DNA from: an uncultured Pseudomonadota bacterium
Lineage (GTDB): Bacteria > Myxococcota_A > Polyangia > Fen-1088
Direction: 5' to 3'
DNA: 64,000 bases
Assembly: GCA_963847705.1 (NCBI GenBank)
Contig: CAWKBC010000014.1
Span: 1 to 64,000 of the forward strand
Position 1 is the first letter of the stretch. Each line of letters starts with the position of its first letter. Below the pieces are notes generated by a model. The model ran no database searches. It was given only the letters and a program-made list of their open reading frames with translations, and had not been told where the DNA came from. Shown piece after piece: positions 38,540-49,103 of the stretch. The position numbers and the translations under genes are program-made.

Positions 38540-40582
38540 ATGGCCGGGTACGTCCTCATCGTCGAAAAAGACGCCGAGCTGCAGCAGCGCATCGGCGCGG
38601 CCCTGCGCGACGCCGGATACGAGCTGGCGGCGGAGACGGAGGCGTCGTGGGCCCGGCGGAGCATCGCCGTGCGCAGGCCCGACGCGGTGGTCCTGGGAAC
38701 CCGACTCTCCGACGGCGACGGGTTCGGGCTGGCCGAGGAGCTGCGCCGCGATCCCGAGACCCGGGGCGTGCCGATCGTCTTCATCGCCAGCAGCCACCGG
38801 GGCAACAGCCACCGGGCCGAGGCGCGGCGGCGGTTCGCCCCGGCCGAATATCTGGCCACGCCGCTGGACGCCCTGGCGATCCCGACCCGCCTGTTCGAGC
38901 TGGCCTCCGCGCCGCTCCCGCCCTCCGAGGCGACGGTCGACAATTACGTGACACCGCCGCCCGAGGCGACCCAGGTGACGAAGCAGAGCCTGCACGATCC
39001 TGCGCAGCAACAGGAGCGGCGCGAGGTCGAACGGACCGCCAAGACCCTGGTCGAGGATCCGGTCGAGGCGGCGTTCGCCGGGACCCTCAAGCGCACGCCG
39101 CTGGCCCGGGTGCTCCAGCGGCTCTACGCCACGCGTGCCAGCGGGTCGCTGCTGCTCCTCCGCGACAACACCAAGAAGATCGTCTTTTTCTCCGATGGCT
39201 ACCCCTTCTCGGTCCGTTCGAACCTTCTCGGGGAGTGCCTGGGGCAGATCCTGCTCGAGAAGAAGCTCATCACCGGCGAGGCGCTCTCCGCCTCCGTCGC
39301 GCGCCTGCAGAAAGAGAAGCGCCAGCAGGGGCAGATCTTGATCGAGATGGGCGTGCTGTCGCCCTACAACCTGCAGCGCGCGCTGGTCGATCAGGTCGAG
39401 GCGAAGCTTCTGGAGGTCTTCGCCTGGCCGGACGGCAAGTTCATGTTCAAGGCGAGCGAGGAGATGCCGGCCGGGGCGACGCGCCTCGAGCGGCCGCCCG
39501 CCGCCCTGATCCTGGAGGGAATTCGACGTCACTACGACCAGGCGCGGCAGGAGGCGGTGCTGGCCCGCTACGAGGGTCAGTACATCGCGCTCAGCGCCGA
39601 CCCCATGCTGCGGCTGCAGGAGATGACGGCCGATGCCACCGAGCAGGCGTTCATTCGCGACCTCGACGGCGCGCGCCAGATGGGGAGCATCCTCGCCGGC
39701 GCCAAGATCCCCCCGGCGAAGGCGCGCCTGCTGCTGGTCGCGCTGTCGGAGGCGGGGATGATCCAGGCGCGCGAGGCGACCTCGCGGCGCCGGGCCGCGG
39801 TCGCACCGGCCGCCGCACCGGCCGCGCCGGCCCCGCCCGTCGAGCGCCAGCCGGCGCCGCTCGGCAGCGGCGAGCTCTCCATGATGCTGCAGATGGCGCG
39901 CACCCAGGATCACTTCTGGTCGCTGGGCGTCGGCCGCGAAGCCTCCACCACCGAGATCGATCGCGCCTACGAGGCGCTGGCGCGCAGCTTCCATGCCGAT
40001 CGCTACCGGCTGGCCCCCGAGGACGATCGCCGGATGGCGCAAGAGATCTTCGACAGCCTGGCCGAGGCCCACCGGGTCCTGCGCGATCCCGTCCATCGAC
40101 GCGCCTACGCGAACAAGCTGGGACGCGAGAACGACGAGGCCTCCGAGCCGCCCCGCGCGGCCAACGCGGCGCCGGTCGCGGCTCCCGCGCGCGCAGGCGC
40201 TCCGCCGCCCGGCGGCGCGGCGCACGCGCTGTACGAGGTGGGCCTCGAGCACCTGCGCGCCCGCCGCCATCACGAGGCCGTCGAAGTTCTTCGCCAGGCG
40301 GCGCGCCTGGTCCCCAACGAGGCCGACTACCGCGCGGCGCTGGGGTGGGCGCTGTTTCGCCAGGCCCCGGCCGACGCGCGGGCCGCGCGCGCCGCCATCG
40401 CGGAGCTGCGCCGCGCCACCCAGATCGACGAGCGCCACCGGAGCGCGGCGCAGCACCTGGCCGACATCTACGCGCAGACGGGGCAGCCCGAGGCCGCGAT
40501 CATGGAGCTCGAGCGGCTTCTGGCGCTGGATCCGGAGGCGGTGGAGCTGGCCGACGAGCTGCGGCGTCTGCGGGCGCAGTAG
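38540..40582 (+). CDS. Pseudo-receiver + DUF4388-like + J-domain-like + TPR protein
   Basis: Receiver fold at the N-terminus, 'F.W.DG.F.F' segment, DHFWSLGV...AY..LAR.FHADRY...EAHRVL, C-terminal TPRs. Confidence 0.8.
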   Translation: MAGYVLIVEKDAELQQRIGAALRDAGYELAAETEASWARRSIAVRRPDAVVLGTRLSDGDGFGLAEELRRDPETRGVPIVFIASSHRGNSHRAEARRRFAPAEYLATPLDALAIPTRLFELASAPLPPSEATVDNYVTPPPEATQVTKQSLHDPAQQQERREVERTAKTLVEDPVEAAFAGTLKRTPLARVLQRLYATRASGSLLLLRDNTKKIVFFSDGYPFSVRSNLLGECLGQILLEKKLITGEALSASVARLQKEKRQQGQILIEMGVLSPYNLQRALVDQVEAKLLEVFAWPDGKFMFKASEEMPAGATRLERPPAALILEGIRRHYDQARQEAVLARYEGQYIALSADPMLRLQEMTADATEQAFIRDLDGARQMGSILAGAKIPPAKARLLLVALSEAGMIQAREATSRRRAAVAPAAAPAAPAPPVERQPAPLGSGELSMMLQMARTQDHFWSLGVGREASTTEIDRAYEALARSFHADRYRLAPEDDRRMAQEIFDSLAEAHRVLRDPVHRRAYANKLGRENDEASEPPRAANAAPVAAPARAGAPPPGGAAHALYEVGLEHLRARRHHEAVEVLRQAARLVPNEADYRAALGWALFRQAPADARAARAAIAELRRATQIDERHRSAAQHLADIYAQTGQPEAAIMELERLLALDPEAVELADELRRLRAQ

Positions 40583-41957
40583 CCGCCCCGGGCCGCCGCG
40601 CGCGGACGACCGCGGTCACGAGCACCAGGATCTGGCGCACCCCGCGGTGGAGCTGCGTCAGGACCAGCACGCAGAGGGCCGGTTCGAGAAAGAACTTGAA
40701 ACGAATGTTCTCGCCACGCTCCCCGAGAATGCTGACGCCGAGGACGTAGCCCACCGGCAGCAGCAGCGCCAGCACCGAGCGCAGGCGACGCCGCGATTGC
40801 CAGACACCGAGCAAAGACGCGCCGATTGCCAACCCAATCAGGGGCCAGCCAGAGAAGATCCAGTCGACCTGGTGCCGCCAGGGCAACCGATCGACGATCT
40901 CGTTCCGCGAGTACTCGCTGGACGGTTCGAGGAAGATGTCGAAGTTCTGCCGATAGCCGGCCCACAGCGCGGCGGGCGACCGCTCGACCAGGGTGCGCCG
41001 GAAGCAGGCCATCAGCTGGCGCTCGATCCCCAACCGATCGAGGTGGTTGAAGTTCTCCGAGCCGTCGAGCTTGCGCGGCTCGGTCAGCACCGGCGCGGTC
41101 AGCCGGGCGGGGCCAGCGTCCGCCGCCGGGGCAAGTGGCCCGCAGTCGGCGCCGAGCGAGCGGGTGAGGTTGGTCCCCTGCAACGTCGACGTCGAGACGG
41201 TGCCGAAAAGGTAGGCCTGCTTGATCGAATAGAGGCCCACCGTTGCGCCGACCACCGCGCCAAAGAGGAGCAGCTGGCGACGCGGCACCCGCAGCAGCAG
41301 GAGGGAGCCGAGCATCACCAGCACGAATGGCCACTGGAAGAGCGAGCGGGTGAAGTAGGCGAGCAGCACCGCGGCGCTCAACCGGCCAGCGGAACCGCCG
41401 TCGCTGCTGCCAAACCTCCAGGTCTCGTACAGAACCCACGTCGTGAACAGCGCGGAGAGCAAGGTGCCGTCCAGCAACGTCGCGTAGGCGAAGGCCGCCG
41501 GGTGCAACAGCCAGCCCAGGGTGAAGAGCGCCGCCAGCGCGCCCGGAACCCGGAGCCGCCGGAGCCAGACATCGATCAGCGTGGCCAGCGCCGCCGCCGC
41601 CAGGGCCCACACATGATTGAGGTCGCGATCCACCCCGCGCATCACCTCGTCCCAGCTCGCGCCTCGGTGGAAGACCAGCAGCAGCGCGCGGATCAAGTTG
41701 ACGACCGGCGGTTGCACATGCAGGTACCAGAGCGACTCCAGGGGCGCCGCGCGCAGCTCGCGAAGCGAGACCGACTGCATCAGGGTCTCCGACGTCAGCC
41801 CCTGGAAGTAGACGCCACCGCTCGCGTGGCTGCGGAAGATCGACTCGACGATCTCCAGCAGGGCAAACGAGAGCGCGAAGACCGCCAAAGGGCGCGCCGG
41901 CCGACCAAGCGTCCGTGTGCGCGCCCGGAGTCCCTCGACCGATGATCCTCTCGCCAT
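40500..41957 (-). CDS. Polytopic membrane protein (possible GT-C-like)
   Basis: 'PLESLWYLH.QPP' and 'GEN.RFKF.LEP' motifs with many TM helices; overlaps the 3' end of the convergent gene. Confidence 0.65.
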   Translation of the reverse strand: MARGSSVEGLRARTRTLGRPARPLAVFALSFALLEIVESIFRSHASGGVYFQGLTSETLMQSVSLRELRAAPLESLWYLHVQPPVVNLIRALLLVFHRGASWDEVMRGVDRDLNHVWALAAAALATLIDVWLRRLRVPGALAALFTLGWLLHPAAFAYATLLDGTLLSALFTTWVLYETWRFGSSDGGSAGRLSAAVLLAYFTRSLFQWPFVLVMLGSLLLLRVPRRQLLLFGAVVGATVGLYSIKQAYLFGTVSTSTLQGTNLTRSLGADCGPLAPAADAGPARLTAPVLTEPRKLDGSENFNHLDRLGIERQLMACFRRTLVERSPAALWAGYRQNFDIFLEPSSEYSRNEIVDRLPWRHQVDWIFSGWPLIGLAIGASLLGVWQSRRRLRSVLALLLPVGYVLGVSILGERGENIRFKFFLEPALCVLVLTQLHRGVRQILVLVTAVVRARRPGAATAPADAAARRPAPPPPDPAPEAARAP

Positions 41958-42175
41958 AGTCGTTCAACAAAACGAAGGTCGCTTTAGACGCGAGACCGTG
42001 ACTAGCAACACCGAGGCCAGCCGAAGGCTCGGGCGTCCGGGCGGTTGGCCTCGTCGCGCACCCGGGGCGAGACCGGTCCACGACATTGCTGTCAGGGTGG
42101 CGGCGGGTTTTCACGACCGGGCGGCGGCGATGGGACCAGCGGGACCGAAAATGGAGCCGGAGACCAAACCGCTCA

Positions 42176-42191
42176 GGGCACGAGGCTTGCT
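42176..42191 (+). promoter_or_regulatory. Candidate sigma54 (-24/-12) promoter
   Basis: GGCACG-AGGC-TTGCT with correct spacing, about 12 nt upstream of ATG 42204. Confidence 0.5.
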
Positions 42192-42203
42192 GTTCTCCTT
42201 CAC

Positions 42204-42918
42204 ATGTCCAGTCACACGCTCGCCCGCGCGCGCTATTCGACCAGCCTCCTCGCACGCGTATCGGCCGGGTGGCAACGGATCGCCGAGAACGAACGGCGCG
42301 GGGTCGCCGCCGCTGCGCACATCGCGGCCAATCTCGCCGCCCTCAACGCGCCCCCCGCCATTCTCTCTGCCGCGGCCCGCGTCATCGCCGACGAGGTCCA
42401 TCACCTGGATGTGTGCGCCTGCGTGCTCGACGAGCTCGAACCGTCAGGTCCCCGGAGCGCCGTCCGCAGCGCGACCGCCCGCCGCCTCGATTCTGACGCC
42501 ACGCGCGCCGGTGGGCGAGAGCGCGCTCGCCTGCACGCTGGTGGCCGACTACGCGCTCGGCAAGCCGGCCTCCGCGGCCGCGTTCGCCGCCGCGCGCGCC
42601 GTCAGTCGCGAGCCGCTGTTCGCCTGGGCCTACAGCGAGCTGCTGCGCGACGAGGCCCGTCACGCCACCTTCGGCGCCAAGACGGCGGCCTGGGTGATTC
42701 GCCGCTGGTCGATCAGCAAGCGCCGGGCGCTCTGGGCCGACGCGCTCACCTCTTCGGCGAACGCCGCCGACCGAACCCACGACCACGAGGCCGAGGCGCT
42801 GGGCCTCCTCCCGGCCAGCTCTGACTGCACGCTCCCGCGCTGGATCCTGCCGCACCTCGAGCCCCTCGGGATCCACGCGACACCGACTCCGGCAAACGAG
42901 ACGCGGTTCGTACACTGA
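42204..42918 (+). pseudogene. Ferritin-like (di-iron four-helix) protein gene split by a 1-nt frameshift near 42490
   Basis: The first frame gives W...E...DEVHH; a different frame gives ...LLRDEARHATFG. The two ExxH halves of one domain lie in different frames. Confidence 0.7.
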
Positions 42919-42960
42919 GCGCGCGCGCCCGAAAATGCCGGAAACGCCCACCCGACCGCG

Positions 42961-43116
42961 CCAAAAACGCGACCCAAACCGCCCCCTAAAAAACGCGACC
43001 TAAAAAACGCGACCTAAAAACCCGCCCCCCAAAAAACGCGTCCTAAAAAACGCGACCCAAACCGCCCCCCCAAAAACGCGCCCTAAAAACCCGCCCCCAA
43101 AACGCAACCCAAAGCA
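42961..43116. repeat. A/C-rich 12-15 bp tandem array (consensus C(T/C)AAAAAACGCGAC, about 12 units)
   Basis: Read directly; strongly strand-asymmetric. Confidence 0.85.
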
Positions 43117-43198
43117 CCTCGCAAGCGCGGCCCAAAGCGACCCGCTTGCAGGTCCGTCAGCTTCGTGCGGATCGAACGTTACCGCTTGCCCCCGCGAA

Positions 43199-43293
43199 AC
43201 CGCCGCACGAAACTTTTTTCCGGCGGCGCGGAGCGCACGTGTCGACATAGGTTGGCGCTCCGCGCCGCCGGAAAAAAGTCCACGTGCGGCGGT
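43199..43293. repeat. Long inverted repeat (25-bp perfect inner stem + 11-bp outer stem)
   Basis: ACTTTTTTCCGGCGGCGCGGAGCGC / GCGCTCCGCGCCGCCGGAAAAAAGT flanked by ACCGCCGCACG / CGTGCGGCGGT. Confidence 0.9.
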
Positions 43294-43466
43294 GAGCTTG
43301 AGAGTGGGAGCTAGCGTTCGACCCGCACGTAACACGGGGTCGCCTGTGGCGCGGCGAGCGGCGCTCGACTTGAGTCGAAGGCCGCGGCCGCGCCCTCGCG
43401 ATAGGAGGGCGCGAGTCTGGAACGGCGGGACGGCGGGACGGCGAGGCCGACCGGGCTAAGATGGCA

Positions 43467-43502
43467 CCCTCTCCCGCTTGCGGGAGAGGGCCGGGGTGAG
43501 GG
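43467..43502. repeat. REP-like palindrome of the widespread CCCTCACCCCGGCCCTCTCCC type
   Basis: CCCTCTCCCGC-TT-GCGGGAGAGGG-CCGGGGTGAGGG downstream of ino1. Confidence 0.7.
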
Positions 43503-43522
43503 CGCCTCGCCCCGAGGGCGTC

Positions 43523-44854
43523 TCAGTCGTAGTACTCGGCGCCCAGGTGCGTGATGAGATCTTCTCCCCGCAGGTGCCGGAGCGTGTTCTTCAGCTTCAT
43601 CAGCTGAATGAACAGATCGTGCTCGGGGTACAACCCCGGCGCGCTCTGGGGGCTCTTCCAGTAGAACGACAGCCATTCCTGGATGCCGCCCATCCCGCAG
43701 CGCTGGGCCAGGTCCATGAAGAGCGCGAGGTCGAGGACGATCGGCGCCGCCAGGATCGAATCGCGGCAGAGGAAGTTGACCTTGATCTGCATCGGGTAGC
43801 CCATCCACCCGAAGATGTCGATGTTGTCCCAGCCCTCTTTGTTGTCACCGCGCGGCGGGTAGTAGTTGATGCGCACGACGTGGTGCATGTCGCCGTAGAG
43901 GTCGGGGTAGAGGTGCGGCTGCAGGATGTGCTCCAGCGAGCCGAGCTTGGAGACCTCCTTCGACTTGAAGGACTCCGGATCGTCGAGCACCTCGCCGTCC
44001 CGGTTGCCGAGGATGTTGGTCGAGTACCAACCCTCGAGGCCGAGGAGGCGCGCCTTGAAGCCGGGCGCCAGGATCGTCTTCATCAGCGTCTGGCCGGTCT
44101 TGAAGTCCTTGCCGCCGATAGGCACGTTGTTCTGCTTGGCCAGCTCCATGAGCGCCGGCGTGTCGACGGTCAGGTTCGGGGCGCCGTTGGCGTAGGGGAC
44201 GCCCAGCTTGAGCGCCGCGTAGGCGTAGATCTGCGAGGGCGAGATCTCCGGATCGCTCTCCTGCAGCCCCTTTTCGAAGGTGGCCAGCGAGGCGTGGCAG
44301 GGGGCCAGGTTGCGAAAGACCTCGGTCGAGCCGCACCAGACCATCACCAGCCGGTCGCAGCCGTTCTTCTTCTTGAACTCTTTGATGTCGTCCATCACCT
44401 GCGCCGCCAGGTCCGCCTTGTTCTTGCCGGTCTTGAAGTGGGTGGCGGTCAGCTTCTTCACGTAGGTCTGCTCGAACACCGCCTTCATCGGCTTGATGGT
44501 CGAGAGGAAGTCCTTGAGCTGGGCCAGGTGCTCCTTCGACAGCACGCCGGCCTTGGAGGCGGCTTGATAGGCGTCGTCGGGGAAGAGGTCCCAGCCGCCG
44601 AAGACGATGTCCTCGAGCTTGGAGAGCGGCACGAACTCGTTGATGAGCGGCGTGCGCGCGTCGGTCCGCTTGCCGAGGCGAATCGTCCCCATCTGCGTCA
44701 GCGAACCGATGGGCTTCGAGATCCCTTTCCGGATCGCCTCCACCCCAGCCATGAACGTGGTGGCGACCGCGCCCATTCCGGGCGTCAGAATGCCGAGCTT
44801 GCCCGTCGCCGGGCGGATGTCGATAGGTTTACCTGTGGACTTCGTGAGAGACAT
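43523..44854 (-). CDS. ino1: myo-inositol-1-phosphate synthase
   Basis: G.GAVATT, YANGAPN, GKDFKTGQT, NILGNRDG, GDNKEGWD, RDSILAAP. Confidence 0.95.
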   Translation of the reverse strand: MSLTKSTGKPIDIRPATGKLGILTPGMGAVATTFMAGVEAIRKGISKPIGSLTQMGTIRLGKRTDARTPLINEFVPLSKLEDIVFGGWDLFPDDAYQAASKAGVLSKEHLAQLKDFLSTIKPMKAVFEQTYVKKLTATHFKTGKNKADLAAQVMDDIKEFKKKNGCDRLVMVWCGSTEVFRNLAPCHASLATFEKGLQESDPEISPSQIYAYAALKLGVPYANGAPNLTVDTPALMELAKQNNVPIGGKDFKTGQTLMKTILAPGFKARLLGLEGWYSTNILGNRDGEVLDDPESFKSKEVSKLGSLEHILQPHLYPDLYGDMHHVVRINYYPPRGDNKEGWDNIDIFGWMGYPMQIKVNFLCRDSILAAPIVLDLALFMDLAQRCGMGGIQEWLSFYWKSPQSAPGLYPEHDLFIQLMKLKNTLRHLRGEDLITHLGAEYYD

Positions 44855-45029
44855 TGCGGCTCCTTTTAACGGCGAACTGGGGCTCCTGCAACCACGAATG
44901 CACCGACGGATGCAACCGGGATGCCGCCCATTATCTGTGGCACTTGCAGGAGTTGCCCCGCGACCCGCCTGGGGTTCACGCTTGCGCCGGGCGAATTTGT
45001 GGTAGAAACCCCCCGCTCTTTTAACACCT

Positions 45030-45135
45030 CGACACCACACGCCTGCTGAGGTGGCCGTGCGTGCCCAGAACGCGAATCATCGCGCGAACGGGTTACGGCC
45101 ACCGGTGACGCGGGCGGCGGACGACAACGCAAAGG
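45030..45135 (+). promoter_or_regulatory. Putative rpsB (S2) autoregulatory leader RNA
   Basis: Position in the rpsB 5' UTR, CACCACAC start and GC-rich pairing potential; not verified against a covariance model. Confidence 0.4.
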
Positions 45136-45142
45136 AACGGAC

Positions 45143-46093
<951 letters not shown>

Positions 46094-46153
46094 GCGCTCG
46101 CCTTCCCGCACTCACCGTTTTTTTTCGACGCGAACAAAGAGGATACCCACGTC

Positions 46154-46816
46154 ATGGCTTCAGAAGTCACCGCACAGATGATCAAGGACCTGCGCGAGCG
46201 CACCGGCGCCGGCATGGCCGACTGCAAGAAGGCGCTCACCGAGTGCGCCACCGACATGGAGAAGGCGATCGAGTACCTCCGCAAGAAGGGGATCGCCTCC
46301 GCCGCCAAGAAGGCGACCCGCATCGCCGCCGAGGGGATGATCGCCCACTACCTCCACGGCGCCCGCCTGGGCGTGCTGGTGGAGGTGAACTGCGAGACCG
46401 ACTTCGTGGCGCGCAACCCCGACTTCGTGGCGTTCGCCAAGGAGATCGCCATGCAGATCGCCGCGCTCAACCCGCAGTACGTCTCGCAGGACGAGATCCC
46501 GGCCTCGGTGCTGGAGAAAGAGAAGTCGATCCGCATCGAGCAGGCCAAGCAGTCGGGCAAGCCCGAGGCGGTGTGGGGGAAGATCGTCGACGGTCAGATC
46601 GCCAAGTGGTCCAAGGAGGTCTGCCTGCTCGATCAGATCTGGGTGAAGGATCCCGAGGGGAAGAAGGACATCCGCTCGCTCTTGACCGATCTCGTCGCCA
46701 AGACCGGCGAGAACGTCAAGGTGCGCCGGTTCGTCCGCTATGAGGTCGGCGAGGGGCTGGAGAAGCGCTCCGACGACTTCGTGGCCGAGGTCCAGAAGCA
46801 AGCCGGACAGGCGTAA
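46154..46816 (+). CDS. tsf: Elongation factor Ts (short form)
   Basis: [33 protein letters not shown]. Confidence 0.97.
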   Translation: MASEVTAQMIKDLRERTGAGMADCKKALTECATDMEKAIEYLRKKGIASAAKKATRIAAEGMIAHYLHGARLGVLVEVNCETDFVARNPDFVAFAKEIAMQIAALNPQYVSQDEIPASVLEKEKSIRIEQAKQSGKPEAVWGKIVDGQIAKWSKEVCLLDQIWVKDPEGKKDIRSLLTDLVAKTGENVKVRRFVRYEVGEGLEKRSDDFVAEVQKQAGQA

Positions 46817-46827
46817 GGTCCCGCGGG

Positions 46828-47697
46828 ATGCCCAAGGGGAAGGGGAAGAACGGCCGCGGGGCTGGCGATGGCGTCGACAGACCGCCGCCCCCCGCGACCG
46901 CCCGGTCCGGTGCCGCGGGGCAGGAGACCAAGCTGCCCCTGGCGCCTGGGGTCAAGTACCGCCGCGTGCTGCTCAAGCTGTCGGGCGAGGCGCTGATGGG
47001 GTCGACCCAGAACGCCATCGACCCCGCCACGCTGTCGCAGATCGCCGACGAGCTGGTCGACGTGCAGGGCCTGGGCGTCGAGATCGCCATGGTGCTGGGC
47101 GGCGGGAACATCTTCCGCGGCATCGCCGCCAGCTCGACCGGCATGGACCGCGCCCACGCCGACTACATGGGGATGCTGGCGACGGTCATCAATTCGCTGG
47201 CGCTGCAGGACGCGCTGGAGTCGCGCGGCGCGCACACCCGGGTGATGACCGCGCTGGAGATGGAGCGGGTGGCCGAGCCCTACATCCGCCGTCGGTCGAT
47301 CCGCCACCTGGAAAAGGGGCGGCTGGTGATCTTCGCGGCCGGGACCGGCAACCCCTACTTCACCACCGACACGGCGGCCTCGCTGCGCGCCATGGAGATC
47401 GGCGCCGAGATCGTCATGAAGGCGACCAAGGTCGACGGCGTCTACGACAAGGATCCCAACAAGCACAAGGACGCCCGGATGTTCCGGCGCCTCTCGTACC
47501 TGGACGTCCTCAACCGCAACCTCGGCGTGATGGACTCGACGGCGATCTCGCTCTGCCGCGACAACAGCCTGCCGATTCTCGTCTTCAACATGACCAAGCC
47601 GGGCAACATCCGGCGGGTGCTGCTGGGCGAACCGCTCGGAACCATGGTGCTCGACGAGCGCCGCGAGCCCCGCCCCGGCACGACCGTGGCAACCTGA
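46828..47697 (+). CDS. pyrH: UMP kinase
   Basis: [35 protein letters not shown]. Confidence 0.97.
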   Translation: MPKGKGKNGRGAGDGVDRPPPPATARSGAAGQETKLPLAPGVKYRRVLLKLSGEALMGSTQNAIDPATLSQIADELVDVQGLGVEIAMVLGGGNIFRGIAASSTGMDRAHADYMGMLATVINSLALQDALESRGAHTRVMTALEMERVAEPYIRRRSIRHLEKGRLVIFAAGTGNPYFTTDTAASLRAMEIGAEIVMKATKVDGVYDKDPNKHKDARMFRRLSYLDVLNRNLGVMDSTAISLCRDNSLPILVFNMTKPGNIRRVLLGEPLGTMVLDERREPRPGTTVAT

Positions 47698-47721
47698 AAA
47701 AGCAAACTGAGGGGGACACCG

Positions 47722-48279
47722 ATGATCGATGACATCGTGAAGAGCCTGCAGGGCGATCTCGACAAGGGGATCGAAGCTTTCCGTCGCGAGCTCGGCAAGG
47801 TCCGCACCGGGCGCGCCAACCTCTCCATCCTCGATGGGGTGCGGGTCGACTACTACGGGACGCCCACCCCCTTGAACCAGGTCGCGTCGTGCAACGTCGC
47901 CGACGCGCGCCTCATCACCATCAAGCCCTGGGAGCGCTCGCTCATCCCGGAGATCGAAAAGTCGATCCGGGCGGCGCAGCTGGGCCTCAACCCGCAATCG
48001 GATGGCGAGCTGGTGCGGCTGCCGATGCCGGCGCTCACCCAGGAACGCCGCCAGGACCTGGTCAAGGTGGTGAAGAAGATGGCCGAGGAGGCCCGGGTCG
48101 CCCTGCGCGGCGCGCGCCGCGACGCCAACGAGATGATCAAGGAGGCGCTCAAGGAGGGGTCGGTCACCGAGGACGACGAGCGCAAGGGGTTGAAGACGGT
48201 TCAAGAGACCACCGACAAATCGGTGCTCAAGATCGACGAGATCGCCGCCAAAAAAGAAGCTGAGATCCTGGAGGTCTGA
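47722..48279 (+). CDS. frr: Ribosome recycling factor
   Basis: RTGRAN, VDYYG.PTPLNQ, LT.ERR, RRDAN. Confidence 0.97.
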   Translation: MIDDIVKSLQGDLDKGIEAFRRELGKVRTGRANLSILDGVRVDYYGTPTPLNQVASCNVADARLITIKPWERSLIPEIEKSIRAAQLGLNPQSDGELVRLPMPALTQERRQDLVKVVKKMAEEARVALRGARRDANEMIKEALKEGSVTEDDERKGLKTVQETTDKSVLKIDEIAAKKEAEILEV

Positions 48280-48281
48280 TC

Positions 48282-48671
48282 GTGGCATTGCTCTTTCGTG
48301 AGGCGCACGCGGCGCCCGACAAAAAACAGATCAACCTGGAGTACTTCATCCTGGAGAACGCCGGCGCGACGTCGATCAACACCGGCGGCCTGCAGGTCAT
48401 CGCCGCCAAAAAGGGAAAACGCGGCTCGGTGCTGGGGGTGATCGATCCCGGCTTCATGCTCCAGCCGGGGGAGAAGATCCTGGTCGTCTCCGGCGTCCCC
48501 GGCAAGAAGTCGCACGGCGAGCCGCCGTCGCGCGAGGGGATGCGCACCTATCACCTGTTTCAGCGCGACCCCCTGCTGCACGGGCAGGGGACGCTCATCC
48601 GGCTGGCGATGAATCAGGTCGAGGTCGCCCGTCTCGTTTACGATCCCGCCGCCGCCACCGGCGTGGCGTGA
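48282..48671 (+). CDS. Hypothetical protein, possible lamin-tail-like Ig fold
   Basis: EYFILEN.G...F.LQPGE.ILV.SG pattern; starts 2 nt after frr. Confidence 0.55.
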   Translation: MALLFREAHAAPDKKQINLEYFILENAGATSINTGGLQVIAAKKGKRGSVLGVIDPGFMLQPGEKILVVSGVPGKKSHGEPPSREGMRTYHLFQRDPLLHGQGTLIRLAMNQVEVARLVYDPAAATGVA

Positions 48672-48684
48672 TAAGGATTCGATC

Positions 48685-48978
48685 ATGCCCAAGTACCAGG
48701 TCGACATCCCGCACACGCTGGCCGTCGCCGAGGCCAAACAGCGCATCGCCGGCGCCACCGACAAGCTGACGCGCGACTATGGCGCGGCCTGCACCTGGAA
48801 GGGCGACAACGAGCTGACCGTCTCGCGCAAGGGGCTGGATGCGATCGTCACCGTCGAGCCGTCGAAGGTGCACATCGACCTGAACCTCGGCTTCCTGCTC
48901 ACGCCCTTCGCCGAGAAGATCAAGACCGGCATCGCCAAGCAGCTCTCCGGAATCCTGGCGGCAGCCCCAGGGAATTAG
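48685..48978 (+). CDS. Polyhydroxyalkanoic acid system family protein
   Basis: IPH.L...EA..R...YG....W.G...LGFLL.PF..KI pattern. Confidence 0.75.
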   Translation: MPKYQVDIPHTLAVAEAKQRIAGATDKLTRDYGAACTWKGDNELTVSRKGLDAIVTVEPSKVHIDLNLGFLLTPFAEKIKTGIAKQLSGILAAAPGN

Positions 48979-49071
48979 CCTCGCCGGAGGGGTGAGGACC
49001 TCCGCAGCCGGCGCGCCGGGGAAGCACGGCGCGTCAGCTGCCAGGATCCATTGACTCGACTGTTGGGTTCG

Positions 49072-49090
49072 CACATGCGCCAAACATGTG
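49072..49090. promoter_or_regulatory. Inverted repeat, candidate TA autoregulatory operator
   Basis: CACATG-n7-CATGTG just upstream of the antitoxin start. Confidence 0.45.
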
Positions 49091-49103
49091 GGATCATTGG
49101 CGC

